DNA of 64,000 bases from Eledone cirrhosa (taxonomy: Eukaryota). The notes under the pieces are model-generated. The model did no database searches and was not told the origin of the DNA. It worked only from the letters and a program-made list of their open reading frames with translations. Of this stretch, positions 11,801 to 24,690 are shown in pieces; the first letter of the stretch is position 1, and each line of letters starts with the position of its first letter. Where the stretch lies: assembly GCA_964016885.1 (NCBI GenBank), contig OZ024741.1, positions 259,904,001 to 259,968,000 of the forward strand. Reading direction: 5' to 3'. The translations under genes were made by a program, and so were the position numbers.

Positions 11801-12779
11801 AAACACCGTAAACCAAAACACTCGTAAGTCGAAACATCCGTAAGTCGCAACACTCGTAAGTCGAAACACTCGTAAGTCGAAACACTCGTAAGCCGAAACA
11901 CTCGTAAGCCGAAACACTCGTAAGTCGGAACACTCGTAAGTCGGAACACTCGTAAGTCAGAACACTCGTAAGTCAGAACACTCGTAAGTCAGAACACTCG
12001 TAAGTCAGAACACTCGTAAGTCGAAACACTCGTATCGAAACACTCGTATGTCAAAACACCCGTAAGTCAAAACACTCGTAAGTCGAAACACTCGTAAGTC
12101 GAAACATTCGTATGTCGAAACATCCGTAAATCAGAACACTCGTAAGTCGAAACACTCGTAAGTCGAAACACTCGTAAGCCGAAACACTCGTAAGTCGAAG
12201 CACTCGTATCGAAACACTCGTAAGTCGAAACACCCTTAAGTCAAAACACTCGTAAGCCAAAACACTCGTAAGTCGAAACACTCGTAAGTCGGAACACTCG
12301 TAAGTCAGAACACTCGTAAGTCAGAACACTCGTAAGTGGAAACACGCGTAAGTCGAAACAGTCATAAGTCGAAACACTCGTAAGTCGAAACACCCGTAAG
12401 TCGAAACACCCGTAAGTCGAAACACTCGTATGTCGAATAACTCGTAAGCCGAAACACCGTAAGTCAAAACACTCGTAAGTCGAAACACTCGTAAGTCGAA
12501 ACACCCATAAGCCGAAACACTCGTAAGCCAAAACATTCGTAAGTCGAAACACTCGTAAGTCGAAACACCCATAGCCGAAACACTCGTAAGTCTGAACACA
12601 CGTAAGTCAGAACAGCCGTAAGTCAGAACACTCGTAAGTCAGAACACTCGTATCGAAACACTCGTATGTCAAAACACCCGTAAGTCAAAACACTCGTAAG
12701 TCGAAACACTCGTAAGTCGGAACACTCGTAAGTCGAAACACTCGTAAGTCGAAACACTCGTAAGCCGAAACACTCGTAA

Positions 12780-15700
12780 GCCGAAACACTCGTAAGTCGG
12801 AACACTCGTAAGTCGGAACACTCGTAAGTCAGAACACTCGTAAGTCAGAACACTCGTAAGTCAGAACACTCGTAAGTCAGAACACTCGTAAGTCGAAACA
12901 CTCGTATCGAAACACTCGTATGTCAAAACACCCGTAAGTCAAAACACTCGTAAGTCGAAACACTCGTAAGTCGAAACACTCGTATGTCGAAACATCCGTA
13001 AATCAGAACACTCGTAAGTCGAAACACTCGTAAGTCGAAACACTCGTAAGCCGAAACACTCGTAAGTCGAAGCACTCGTATCGAAACACTCGTAAGTCGA
13101 AACACCCTTAAGTCAAAACACTCGTAAGCCAAAACACTCGTAAGTCGAAACACTCGTAAGTCGGAACACTCGTATGTCAGAACACTCGTAAGTCAGAACA
13201 CTCGTAAGTGGAAACACGCGTAAGTCGAAAGACCCATAAGTCAAAAATCTCGTAAGTCAAAACACTCGTAAGCCGAAACACTCGTAAGTCGAAACACTCG
13301 TAAGTCGAAACATTCGTAAAGCGAAACGTATAAATAAAGATTAATGTAATGAACTTGAAAAGCATAGATATTTGAAACCGCGTCTATTTGTTATTTTCGT
13401 AAGTCGAAACACTCGTAAGTCAGAACACTCGTAAGTCAGAACACTCTTAAGTCAGAACACTCGTATCGAAACACGTATGTCAAAACACCCGTAAGTCAAA
13501 ACACTCGTAAGTCGAAACACTCGTAAGTCGAAACACTCGTAAGCCGAAACAATCGTAAGTCAAATCACTCGTAAGTCGAAACACTCGTAAGCCGAAAATA
13601 CTCGTAAGTCGGAACACCCGTAAGCCGAAACCCTCGTAGGTCGGAACACTCGTAAGTCGAAACACTCGTAAGTCGAAACACCCGTAAGTCGAAACACTCG
13701 TAAGTCGAAACACCCGTAAGTCGAAACATCCGTAAGTCAAAACACTCGTATGTCGAAACACTCGTAAGCCGAAACACTCGTAAGTCGGAACACTCGCAAG
13801 TCAGAACACTCGTAAGTCAGAACACTCGTAAGTCGAAACACTCGTAAGTCGAAACACCCGTAAGTCGAAACGCCCGTAAGTCAAAACACTCGTATGTCGA
13901 AACACTCGCAAGCCGAAAAACCGTAAGTCAAAACACTCGTAAGTCGAAACACTCGTAAATCGAAACACTCGTAAGCCGAAACACTCGTAAGCGAAAACAT
14001 TCGTTAGTCGAAACACTCGTATCCCGAAACACTCGTAAGTCGAAACACTCGAAAGCCGAAACACTCGTAAGTCGAAACACTCATAAGCCGAAACACTCGT
14101 AAGTCGGAACACTCGTAAGTCAGAACACCCGTAAATCAGAACACTCGTAGTCAGAACACTCGTAAGTCGAAACACTCGTAAGCCGAAACACTCGCAAGTC
14201 GAAGCACTCGTAATCCGAAACACTCTTAAGTCGAAACACTCGTAAGTCGGAACACTCGTAAGTCAGAACACTCGTAAGTCAGAACACTCGTAAGTCGAAA
14301 CACTCGTAAGCCGAAACATCCGTAAGTCAAAACATCCGTAAGTCAAAACATTCGTAAGTCGAAACACCCGTAGTCGAAACACTCGCAAGTCGAAACACTC
14401 GTAAGTCGAAACACGCGTAAGTCGAAACACATGTAAGTCAAAACACTCGTAAGTCAAAACACTCGTAAGCCGAAACACTCGTAAGTCGAAACACTCGTAA
14501 GTCGAAACACTCGTAAAGCGAAACGTATAAATAAATATTAATGTAATGAATTTGAAAAGCATAGAGATTTGAAACCGCGTCTATTTGTTATTTTCGTAAG
14601 TCGAAACACTCGTAAGCCGAAACACTCGTGAGCCGAAACACTCGTAAGTCGGAACACTCGTAAGTCAGAACACTCGTAAGTCAGAACACTCGTAAGTTAG
14701 AACACTCGTAAGTCAGAACACTCGTAAGTCAGAACACTCGTAAGTCGAAACACTCGTATCGAAACACTCGTATGTCAAAACACCCGTAAGTCAAAACACT
14801 CGTAAGTCGAAACACTCGTAAGTCGAAACACTCGTAAGCCGAAACACTCGTAAGCCGAAACACTCGTAAGTCGGAACACTCGTAAGTCGGAACACTCGTA
14901 AGTCAGAACACTCGTAAGTCAGAACACTCGTAAGTCAGAACACTCGTAAGTCAGAACACTCGTAAGTCGAAACACTCGTATCGAAACACTCGTATGTCAA
15001 AACACCCGTAAGTCAAAACACTCGTAAGTCGAAACACTCGTAAGTCGAAACACTCGTATGTCGAAACATCCGTAAATCAGAACACTCGTAAGTCGAAACA
15101 CTCGTAAGTCGAAACACTCGTAAGCCGAAACACTCGTAAGTCGAAGCACTCGTATCGAAACACTCGTAAGTCGAAACACCCTTAAGTCAAAACACTCGTA
15201 AGCCAAAACACTCGTAAGTCGAAACACTCGTAAGTCGGAACACTCGTAAGTCAGAACACTCGTAAGTCAGAACACTCGTAAGTGGAAACACGCGTAAGTC
15301 GAAAGACCCGTAAGTCAAAAATCTCGTAAGTTAAAACACTCGTAAGCCGAAACACTCGTAAGTCGAAACACTCGTAAGTCGAAACTTTCGTAAAGCGAAA
15401 CGTATAAATAAAGATTAATGTAATCAACTTGAAAAGCATAGATATTTGAAACCGCGTCTATTTGTTATTTTCGTAAGTCGAAACACTCGTAAGTCAGAAC
15501 ACTCGTAAGTCAGAACACTCTTAAGTCAGAACACTCGTATCGAAACACGTATGTCAAAACACCCGTAAGTCAAAACACTCGTAAGTCGAAACACTCGTAA
15601 GTCGAAACACTCGTAAGCCGAAACAATCGTAAGTCAAAACACTCGTAAGTCGAAACACTCGTAAGCCGAAAATACTCGTAAGTCGGAACACCCGTAAGCC

Positions 15701-17400
15701 GAAACCCTCGTAGGTCGGAACACTCGTAAGTCGAAACACTCGTAAGTCGAAACACCCGTAAGTCGAAACACTCGTAAGTCGAAACACCCGTAAGTCGAAA
15801 CATCCGTAAGTCAAAACACTCGTATGTCGAAACACTCGTAAGCCGAAACACTCGTAAGTCGGAACACTCGCAAGTCAGAACACTCGTAAGTCAGAACACT
15901 CGTAAGTCGAAACACTCGTAAGTCGAAACACCCGTAAGTCGAAACGCCCGTAAGTCAAAACACTCGTATGTCGAAACACTCGCAAGCCGAAAAACCGTAA
16001 GTCAGAACACTCGTAAGTCGAAACACTCGTAAATCGAAACACTCGTAAGCCGAAACACTCGTAAGCGAAAACATTCGTTAGTCGAAACACTCGTAACCCG
16101 AAACACTCGTAAGTCGAAACACTCGAAAGCCGAAACACTCGTAAGTCGAAACACTCATAAGCCGAAACACTCGTAAGTCGGAACACTCGTAAGTCAGAAC
16201 ACCCGTAAATCAGAACACTCGTAGTCAGAACACTCGTAAGTCGAAACACTCGTAAGCCGAAACACTCGCAAGTCGAAGCACTCGTAATCCGAAACACTCT
16301 TAAGTCGAAACACTCGTAAGTCGGAACACTCGTAAGTCAGAACACTCGTAAGTCAGAACACTCGTAAGTCGAAACACTCGTAAGCCGAAACATCCGTAAG
16401 TCAAAACATCCGTAAGTCAAAACATTCGTAAGTCGAAACACCCGTAGTCGAAACACTCGCAAGTCGAAACACTCGTAAGTCGAAACACGCGTAAGTCGAA
16501 ACACATGTAAGTCAAAACACTCGTAAGTCAAAACACTCGTAAGCCGAAACACTCGTAAGTCGAAACACTCGTAAGTCGAAACACTCGTAAAGCGAAACGT
16601 ATAAATAAATATTAATGTAATGAATTTGAAAAGCATAGAGATTTGAAACCGCGTCTATTTGTTATTTTCGTAAGTCGAAACACTCGTAAGCCGAAACACT
16701 CGTGAGCCGAAACACTCGTAAGTCGGAACACTCGTAAGTCAGAACACTCGTAAGTCAGAACACTCGTAAGTTAGAACACTCGTAAGTCAGAACACTCGTA
16801 AGTCAGAACACTCGTAAGTCGAAACACTCGTATCGAAACACTCGTATGTCAAAACACCCGTAAGTCAAAACACTCGTAAGTCGAAACACTCGTAAGTCGA
16901 AACACTCGTAAGCCGAAACACTCGTAAGCCGAAACACTCGTAAGTCGGAACACTCGTAAGTCGGAACACTCGTAAGTCAGAACACTCGTAAGTCAGAACA
17001 CTCGTAAGTCAGAACACTCGTAAGTCGAAACACTCGTATCGAAGCACTCGTATGTCAAAACACCCGTAAGTCAAAACACTCGTAAGTCGAAACACTCGTA
17101 AGTCGAAACACTCGTATGTCGAAACATCCGTAAATCAGAACACTCGTAAGTCGAAACACTCGTAAGTCGAAACACTCGTAAGCCGAAACACTCGTAAGTC
17201 GAAGCACTCGTATCGAAACACTCGTAAGTCGAAACACCCTTAAGTCAAAACACTCGTAAGCCGAAACACTCGTAAGTCGAAACACTCGTAAGTCGAAACA
17301 TTCGTAAAGCGAAACGTATAAATAAAGATTAATGTAATGAACTTGAAAAGCATAGATATTTGAAACCGCGTCTATTTGTTATTTTCGTAAGTCGAAACAC
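12780..17400. repeat. 2,074-bp higher-order repeat (HOR), about 2.2 tandem copies, each carrying one B-type and one A'-type spacer
   Basis: ORF offsets 12923/14997, 13177/15251, 13480/15554, 13801/15875 and 14263/16337 are all 2,074. The next copy, 14997/17055, is 2,058 (one monomer shorter). Confidence 0.92.
13320..13402. repeat. 83-bp spacer, allele B (also at 17308, 20905, 37430, 41767 [82 bp], 47802, 49876, 51934, 54008, 62217)
   Basis: Reads GAACTTGAAAAGCATAGATATTTG, two substitutions relative to allele A. The copy at 20905 has TTTGCTATT and the copy at 41767 lacks one C (GAAACGCG). Confidence 0.95.
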
Positions 17401-17449
17401 TCGTAAGTCAGAACACTCGTAAGTCAGAACACTCTTAAGTCAGAACACT

Positions 17450-20400
17450 CGTATCGAAACACTCGTATGTCAAAACACCCGTAAGTCAAAACACTCGTAA
17501 GTCGAAACACTCGTAAGTCGAAACACTCGTAAGCCGAAACACTCGTAAGCCGAAACACTCGTAAGCCGAAACACTCGTAAGTCGGAACACTCGTAAGTCA
17601 GAACACTCATAAGTCAGAACACTCGTAAGTCAGAACACTCGTAAGTCGAAACACTCGTAAGCCGAAACACCGTAAGTCGAAACACCCGTATGTCGAAACA
17701 CTCGTAAGCCGAAACACTCTTAAGTCGAAACACTCATAAGCCGAAACACTCGTAAGTCGGAACACTCGTAAATCAGAACACCCGCAAGTCAGAACACTCG
17801 TAAATCAGAACACTCTTAAGTCGAAACTTACGTACGCCGAAACAATCGTAAGTCGAAACACTCGTAAGTCGAAACATCCTTAAGTCGAAACACTCGTACA
17901 CCGAAACACTCGTAAGTATAAACATTAGTAAGTCGAAACACTCGTATGTCGAAACACTCGTAAACCGAAACACTCGTAAGTCGGAACACTCGTAAGTCAG
18001 AACACTCGTAAGTCAGAACACTCGTAAGTCGAAACACTCATAAGTCGAAACACCCGTAAGTCGAAACACTCGTATGTCGAATAACTCGTAAGCCGAAACA
18101 CCGTAAGTCAAAACACTCGTAAGTCGAAACACTCGTAAGTCGAAACACCCATAAGCCGAAACACTCGTAAGCCAAAACATTCGTAAGTCGAAACACTCGT
18201 AAACCGAAACACTCGTAAGCCAAAACATTCGTATGTCGAAACACTCGTAAGTCGAAACACCCATAGCCGAAACACTTGTAAGTCTGAACACACGTAAGTC
18301 AGAACACCCGTAAGTCAGAACACTCGTAAGTCAGAACACTCGTAAGTCAGAACACTCGTAAGTCAGAACACTCGTAAGTCAGAGCACTCGTATCGAAACA
18401 CTCGTATGTCAAAACACCCGTAAGTCAAAACACTCGTAAGTCGAAACACTCGTAAGCCGAAACACCGTAAGCCAAAACACTCGTAAGTCGAAACACCCCT
18501 AAGTCGGAACACTCGTAAGTCGAAACACTCGTAAGTCGAAACACTCGTAAGCCGAAACACTCGTAAGCCGAAACACTCGTAAGTCGGAACACTCGTAAGT
18601 CAGAACACTCGTAAGTCAGAACACTCGTAAGTCAGAACACTCGTAAGTCAGAACACTCGTAAGTCGAAACACTCGTATCGAAACACTCGTATGTCAAAAC
18701 ACCCGTAAGTCAAAACACTCGTAAGTCGAAACACTCGTAAGTCGAAACATTCGTAAGTCGAAACATCCGTAAATCAGAACACTCTTAAGTCGAAACACTC
18801 GTAAGTCGAAACACTCGTAAGCCGAAACACTCGTAAGTCGAAGCACTCGTATCGAAACACTCGTAAGTCGAAACACCCTTAAGTGAAAACACTCGTAAGC
18901 CAAAACACTCGTAAGTCGAAACACTCGTAAGTCGGAACACTCGTAAGTCAGAACACTCGTAAGTCAGAACACTCGTAAGTGGAAACACGCGTAAGTCGAA
19001 ACACTCATAAGTCGAAACACTCGTAAGTCGAAACACCCGTAAGTCGAAACACCCGTAAGTCGAAACACTCGTATGTCGAATAACTCGTAAGCCGAAACAC
19101 CGTAAGTCAAAACACTCGTAAGTCGAAACACTCGTAAGTCGAAACACCCATAAGCCGAAACACTCGTAAGCCAAAACATTCGTAAGTCGAAACACTCGTA
19201 AACCGAAACACTCGTAAGCCAAAACATTCGTAAGTCGAAACACTCGTAAGTCGAAACACCCATAGCCGAAACACTCGTAAGTCTGAACACACGTAAGTCA
19301 GAACAGCCGTAAGTCAGAACACTCGTAAGTCAGAACACTCGTAAGTCAGAACACTCGTAAGTCAGAGCACTCGTATCGAAACACTCGTATGTCAAAACAC
19401 CCGTAAGTCAAAACACTCGTAAGTCGAAACACTCGTAAGTCGAAACACTCGTATGTCGAAACATCCGTAAATCAGAACACTCGTAAGTCGAAACACTCGT
19501 AAGTCGAAACACTCGTAAGCCGAAACACTCGTAAGTCGAAGCACTCGTATCGAAACACTCGTAAGTCGAAACACCCTTAAGTCAAAACACTCGTAAGCCA
19601 AAACACTCGTAAGTCGAAACACTCGTAAGTCGGAACACTCGTAAGTCAGAACACTCGTAAGTCAGAACACTCGTAAGTGGAAACACGCGTAAGTCGAAAG
19701 ACCCGTAAGTCAAAAATCTCGTAAGTCAAAACACTCGTAAGCCGAAACACTCGTAAGTCGAAACACTCGTAAGTCGAAACACCCGTAAGTCAGAACACTC
19801 GTAAGTCAGAACACTCGTAAGTCGAAACACTCGTAAGCCGAAACATCCGTAAGTCAAAACATCCGTAAGTCAAAACATTCGTAAGTCGAAACACCCGTAG
19901 TCGAAACACTCGCAAGTCGAAACACTCGTAAGTCGAAACACGCGTAAGTCGAAACACATGTAAGTCAAAACACTCGTAAGTCAAAACACTCGTAAGCCGA
20001 AACACTCGTAAGTCGAAACACTCGTAAGTCGAAACACTCGTAAAGCGAAACGTATAAATAAATATTAATGTAATGAATTTGAAAAGCATAGAGATTTGAA
20101 ACCGCGTCTATTTGTTATTTTCGTAAGTCGAAACACTCGTAAGCCGAAACACTCGTGAGCCGAAACACTCGTAAGTCGGAACACTCGTAAGTCAGAACAC
20201 TCGTAAGTCAGAACACTCGTAAGTTAGAACACTCGTAAGTCAGAACACTCGTAAGTCAGAACACTCGTAAGTCGAAACACTCGTATCGAAACACTCGTAT
20301 GTCAAAACACCCGTAAGTCAAAACACTCGTAAGTCGAAACACTCGTAAGTCGAAACACTCGTAAGCCGAAACACTCGTAAGCCGAAACACTCGTAAGTCG

Positions 20401-23400
20401 GAACACTCGTAAGTCGGAACACTCGTAAGTCAGAACACTCGTAAGTCAGAACACTCGTAAGTCAGAACACTCGTAAGTCAGAACACTCGTATCGAAGCAC
20501 TCGTATGTCAAAACACCCGTAAGTCAAAACACTCGTAAGTCGAAACACTCGTAAGTCGAAACACTCGTATGTCGAAACATCCGTAAATCAGAACACTCGT
20601 AAGTCGAAACACTCGTAAGTCGAAACACTCGTAAGCCGAAACACTCGTAAGTCGAAGCACTCGTATCGAAACACTCGTAAGTCGAAACACCCTTAAGTCA
20701 AAACACTCGTAAGCCAAAACACTCGTAAGTCGAAACACTCGTAAGTCGGAACACTCGTAAGTCAGAACACTCGTAAGTCAGAACACTCGTAAGTGGAAAC
20801 ACGCGTAAGTCGAAAGACCCGTAAGTCAAAAATCTCGTAAGTCAAAACACTCGTAAGCCGAAACACTCGTAAGTCGAAACACTCGTAAGTCGAAACATTC
20901 GTAAAGCGAAACGTATAAATAAAGATTAATGTAATGAACTTGAAAAGCATAGATATTTGAAACCGCGTCTATTTGCTATTTTCGTAAGTCGAAACACTCG
21001 TAAGTCAGAACACTCGTAAGTCAGAACACTCTTAAGTCAGAACACTCGTATCGAAACACGTATGTCAAAACACCCGTAAGTCAAAACACTCGTAAGTCGA
21101 AACACTCGTAAGTCGAAACACTCGTAAGCCGAAACAATCGTAAGTCAAAACACTCGTAAGTCGAAACACTCGTAAGCCGAAAATACTCGTAAGTCGGAAC
21201 ACCCGTAAGCCGAAACCCTCGTAGGTCGGAACACTCGTAAGTCGAAACACTCGTAAGTCGAAACACCCGTAAGTCGAAACACTCGTAAGTCGAAACACCC
21301 GTAAGTCGAAACATCCGTAAGTCAAAACACTCGTATGTCGAAACACTCGTAAGCCGAAACACTCGTAAGTCGGAACACTCGCAAGTCAGAACACTCGTAA
21401 GTCAGAACACTCGTAAGTCAGAACACTCGTAAGTCGAAACATTCGTAAGTCGAAACACCCGTAAGTCGAAACGCCCGTAAGTCAAAACACTCGTATGTCG
21501 AAACACTCGCAAGCCGAAAAACCGTAAGTCAAAACACTCGTAAGTCGAAACACTCGTAAATCGAAACACTCGTAAGCCGAAACACTCGTAAGCGAAAAAA
21601 TTCGTTAGTCGAAACACTCGTAACCTGAAACACTCGTAAGTCGAAACACTCGAAAGCCGAAACACTCGTAAGTCGAAACACTCATAAGCCGAAACACTCG
21701 TAAGTCGGAACACTCGTAAGTCAGAACACCCGTAAATCAGAACACTCGTAGTCAGAACACTCGTAAGTCGAAACACTCGTAAGCCGAAACACTCGCAAGT
21801 CGAAGCACTCGTAATCCGAAACACTCTTAAGTCGAAACACTCGTAAGTCGGAACACTCGTAAGTCAGAACACTCGTAAGTCAGAACACTCGTAAGTCGAA
21901 ACACTCGTAAGCCGAAACATCCGTAAGTCAAAACATCCGTAAGTCAAAACATTCGTAAGTCGAAACACCCGTAGTCGAAACACTCGCAAGTCGAAACACT
22001 CGTAAGTCGAAACACGCGTAAGTCGAAACACATGTAAGTCAAAACACTCGTAAGTCAAAACACTCGTAAGCCGAAACACTCGTAAGTCGAAACACTCGTA
22101 AGTCGAAACACTCGTAAAGCGAAACGTATAAATAAATATTAATGTAATGAATTTGAAAAGCATAGAGATTTGAAACCGCGTCTATTTGTTATTTTCGTAA
22201 GTCGAAACACTCGTAAGCCGAAACACTCGTGAGCCGAAACACTCGTAAGTCGGAACACTCGTAAGTCAGAACACTCGTAAGTCAGAACACTCGTAAGTTA
22301 GAACACTCGTAAGTCAGAACACTCGTAAGTCAGAACACTCGTAAGTCGAAACACTCGTATCGAAACACTCGTATGTCAAAACACCCGTAAGTCAAAACAC
22401 TCGTAAGTCGAAACACTCGTAAGTCGAAACACTCGTAAGCCGAAACACTCGTAAGCCGAAACACTCGTAAGTCGGAACACTCGTAAGTCAGAACACTCAT
22501 AAGTCAGAACACTCGTAAGTCAGAACACTCGTAAGTCGAAACACTCGTAAGCCGAAACACCGTAAGTCGAAACACCCGTATGTCGAAACACTCGTAAGCC
22601 GAAACACTCTTAAGTCGAAACACTCATAAGCCGAAACACTCGTAAGTCGGAACACTCGTAAATCAGAACACCCGCAAGTCAGAACACTCGTAAATCAGAA
22701 CACTCTTAAGTCGAAACTTACGTACGCCGAAACAATCGTAAGTCGAAACACTCGTAAGTCGAAACATCCTTAAGTCGAAACACTCGTACACCGAAACACT
22801 CGTAAGTATAAACATTAGTAAGTCGAAACACTCGTATGTCGAAACACTCGTAAACCGAAACACTCGTAAGTCGGAACACTCGTAAGTCAGAACACTCGTA
22901 AGTCAGAACACTCGTAAGTCGAAACACTCATAAGTCGAAACACCCGTAAGTCGAAACACTCGTATGTCGAATAACTCGTAAGCCGAAACACCGTAAGTCA
23001 AAACACTCGTAAGTAGAAACACTCGTAAGTCGAAACACCCATAAGCCGAAACACTCGTAAGCCAAAACATTCGTAAGTCGAAACACTCGTAAACCGAAAC
23101 ACTCGTAAGCCAAAACATTCGTATGTCGAAACACTCGTAAGTCGAAACACCCATAGCCGAAACACTTGTAAGTCTGAACACACGTAAGTCAGAACACCCG
23201 TAAGTCAGAACACTCGTAAGTCAGAACACTCGTAAGTCAGAACACTCGTAAGTCAGAACACTCGTAAGTCAGAGCACTCGTATCGAAACACTCGTATGTC
23301 AAAACACCCGTAAGTCAAAACACTCGTAAATCGAAACACTCGTAAGCCGAAACACCGTAAGCCAAAACACTCGTAAGTCGAAACACCCCTAAGTCGGAAC

Positions 23401-24690
23401 ACTCGTAAGTCGAAACACTCGTAAGTCGAAACACTCGTAAGCCGAAACACTCGTAAGCCGAAACACTCGTAAGTCGGAACACTCGTAAGTCGGAACACTC
23501 GTAAGTCAGAACACTCGTAAGTCAGAACACTCGTAAGTCAGAACACTCGTAAGTCAGAACACTCGTAAGTCGAAACACTCGTATCGAAACACTCGTATGT
23601 CAAAACACCCGTCAGTCAAAACACTCGTAAGTCGAAACACTCGTAAGTCGAAACATTCGTAAGTCGAAACATCCGTAAATCAGAACACTCTTAAGTCGAA
23701 ACACTCGTAAGTCGAAACACTCGTAAGCCGAAACACTCGTAAGTCGAAGCACTCGTATCGAAACACTCGTAAGTCGAAACACCCTTAAGTCAAAACACTC
23801 GTAAGCCAAAACACTCGTAAGTCGAAACACTCGTAAGTCGGAACACTCGTAAGTCAGAACACTCGTAAGTCAGAACACTCGTAAGTGGAAACACGCGTAA
23901 GTCGAAACACTCATAAGTCGAAACACTCGTAAGTCGAAACACCCGTAAGTCGAAACACCCGTAAGTCGAAACACTCGTATGTCGAATAACTCGTAAGCCG
24001 AAACACCGTAAGTCAAAACACTCGTAAGTCGAAACACTCGTAAGTCGAAACACCCATAAGCCGAAACACTCGTAAGCCAAAACATTCGTAAGTCGAAACA
24101 CTCGTAAACCGAAACACTCGTAAGCCAAAACATTCGTAAGTCGAAACACTCGTAAGTCGAAACACCCATAGCCGAAACACTCGTAAGTCTGAACACACGT
24201 AAGTCAGAACAGCCGTAAGTCAGAACACTCGTAAGTCAGAACACTCGTAAGTCAGAACACTCGTAAGTCAGAGCACTCGTATCGAAACACTCGTATGTCA
24301 AAACACCCGTAAGTCAAAACACTCGTAAGTCGAAACACTCGTAAGTCGAAACACTCGTATGTCGAAACATCCGTAAATCAGAACACTCGTAAGTCGAAAC
24401 ACTCGTAAGTCGAAACACTCGTAAGCCGAAACACTCGTAAGTCGAAGCACTCGTATCGAAACACTCGTAAGTCGAAACACCCTTAAGTCAAAACACTCGT
24501 AAGCCAAAACACTCGTAAGTCGAAACACTCGTAAGTCGGAACACTCGTAAGTCAGAACACTCGTAAGTCAGAACACTCGTAAGTGGAAACACGCGTAAGT
24601 CGAAAGACCCGTAAGTCAAAAATCTCGTAAGTCAAAACACTCGTAAGCCGAAACACTCGTAAGTCGAAACACTCGTAAGTCGAAACACCC
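17450..24690. repeat. Block duplication, offset 4,890-4,906 bp (about 17450-19790 and about 22350-24690), enclosing one further 2,074-bp HOR period (19790/21864)
   Basis: ORF pairs 17773/22663, 18013/22903 and 18363/23253 differ by 4,890, and 18964/23870 and 19392/24298 by 4,906. The rare monomer GTCGAAACACCCCTAA is shared. Confidence 0.88.
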
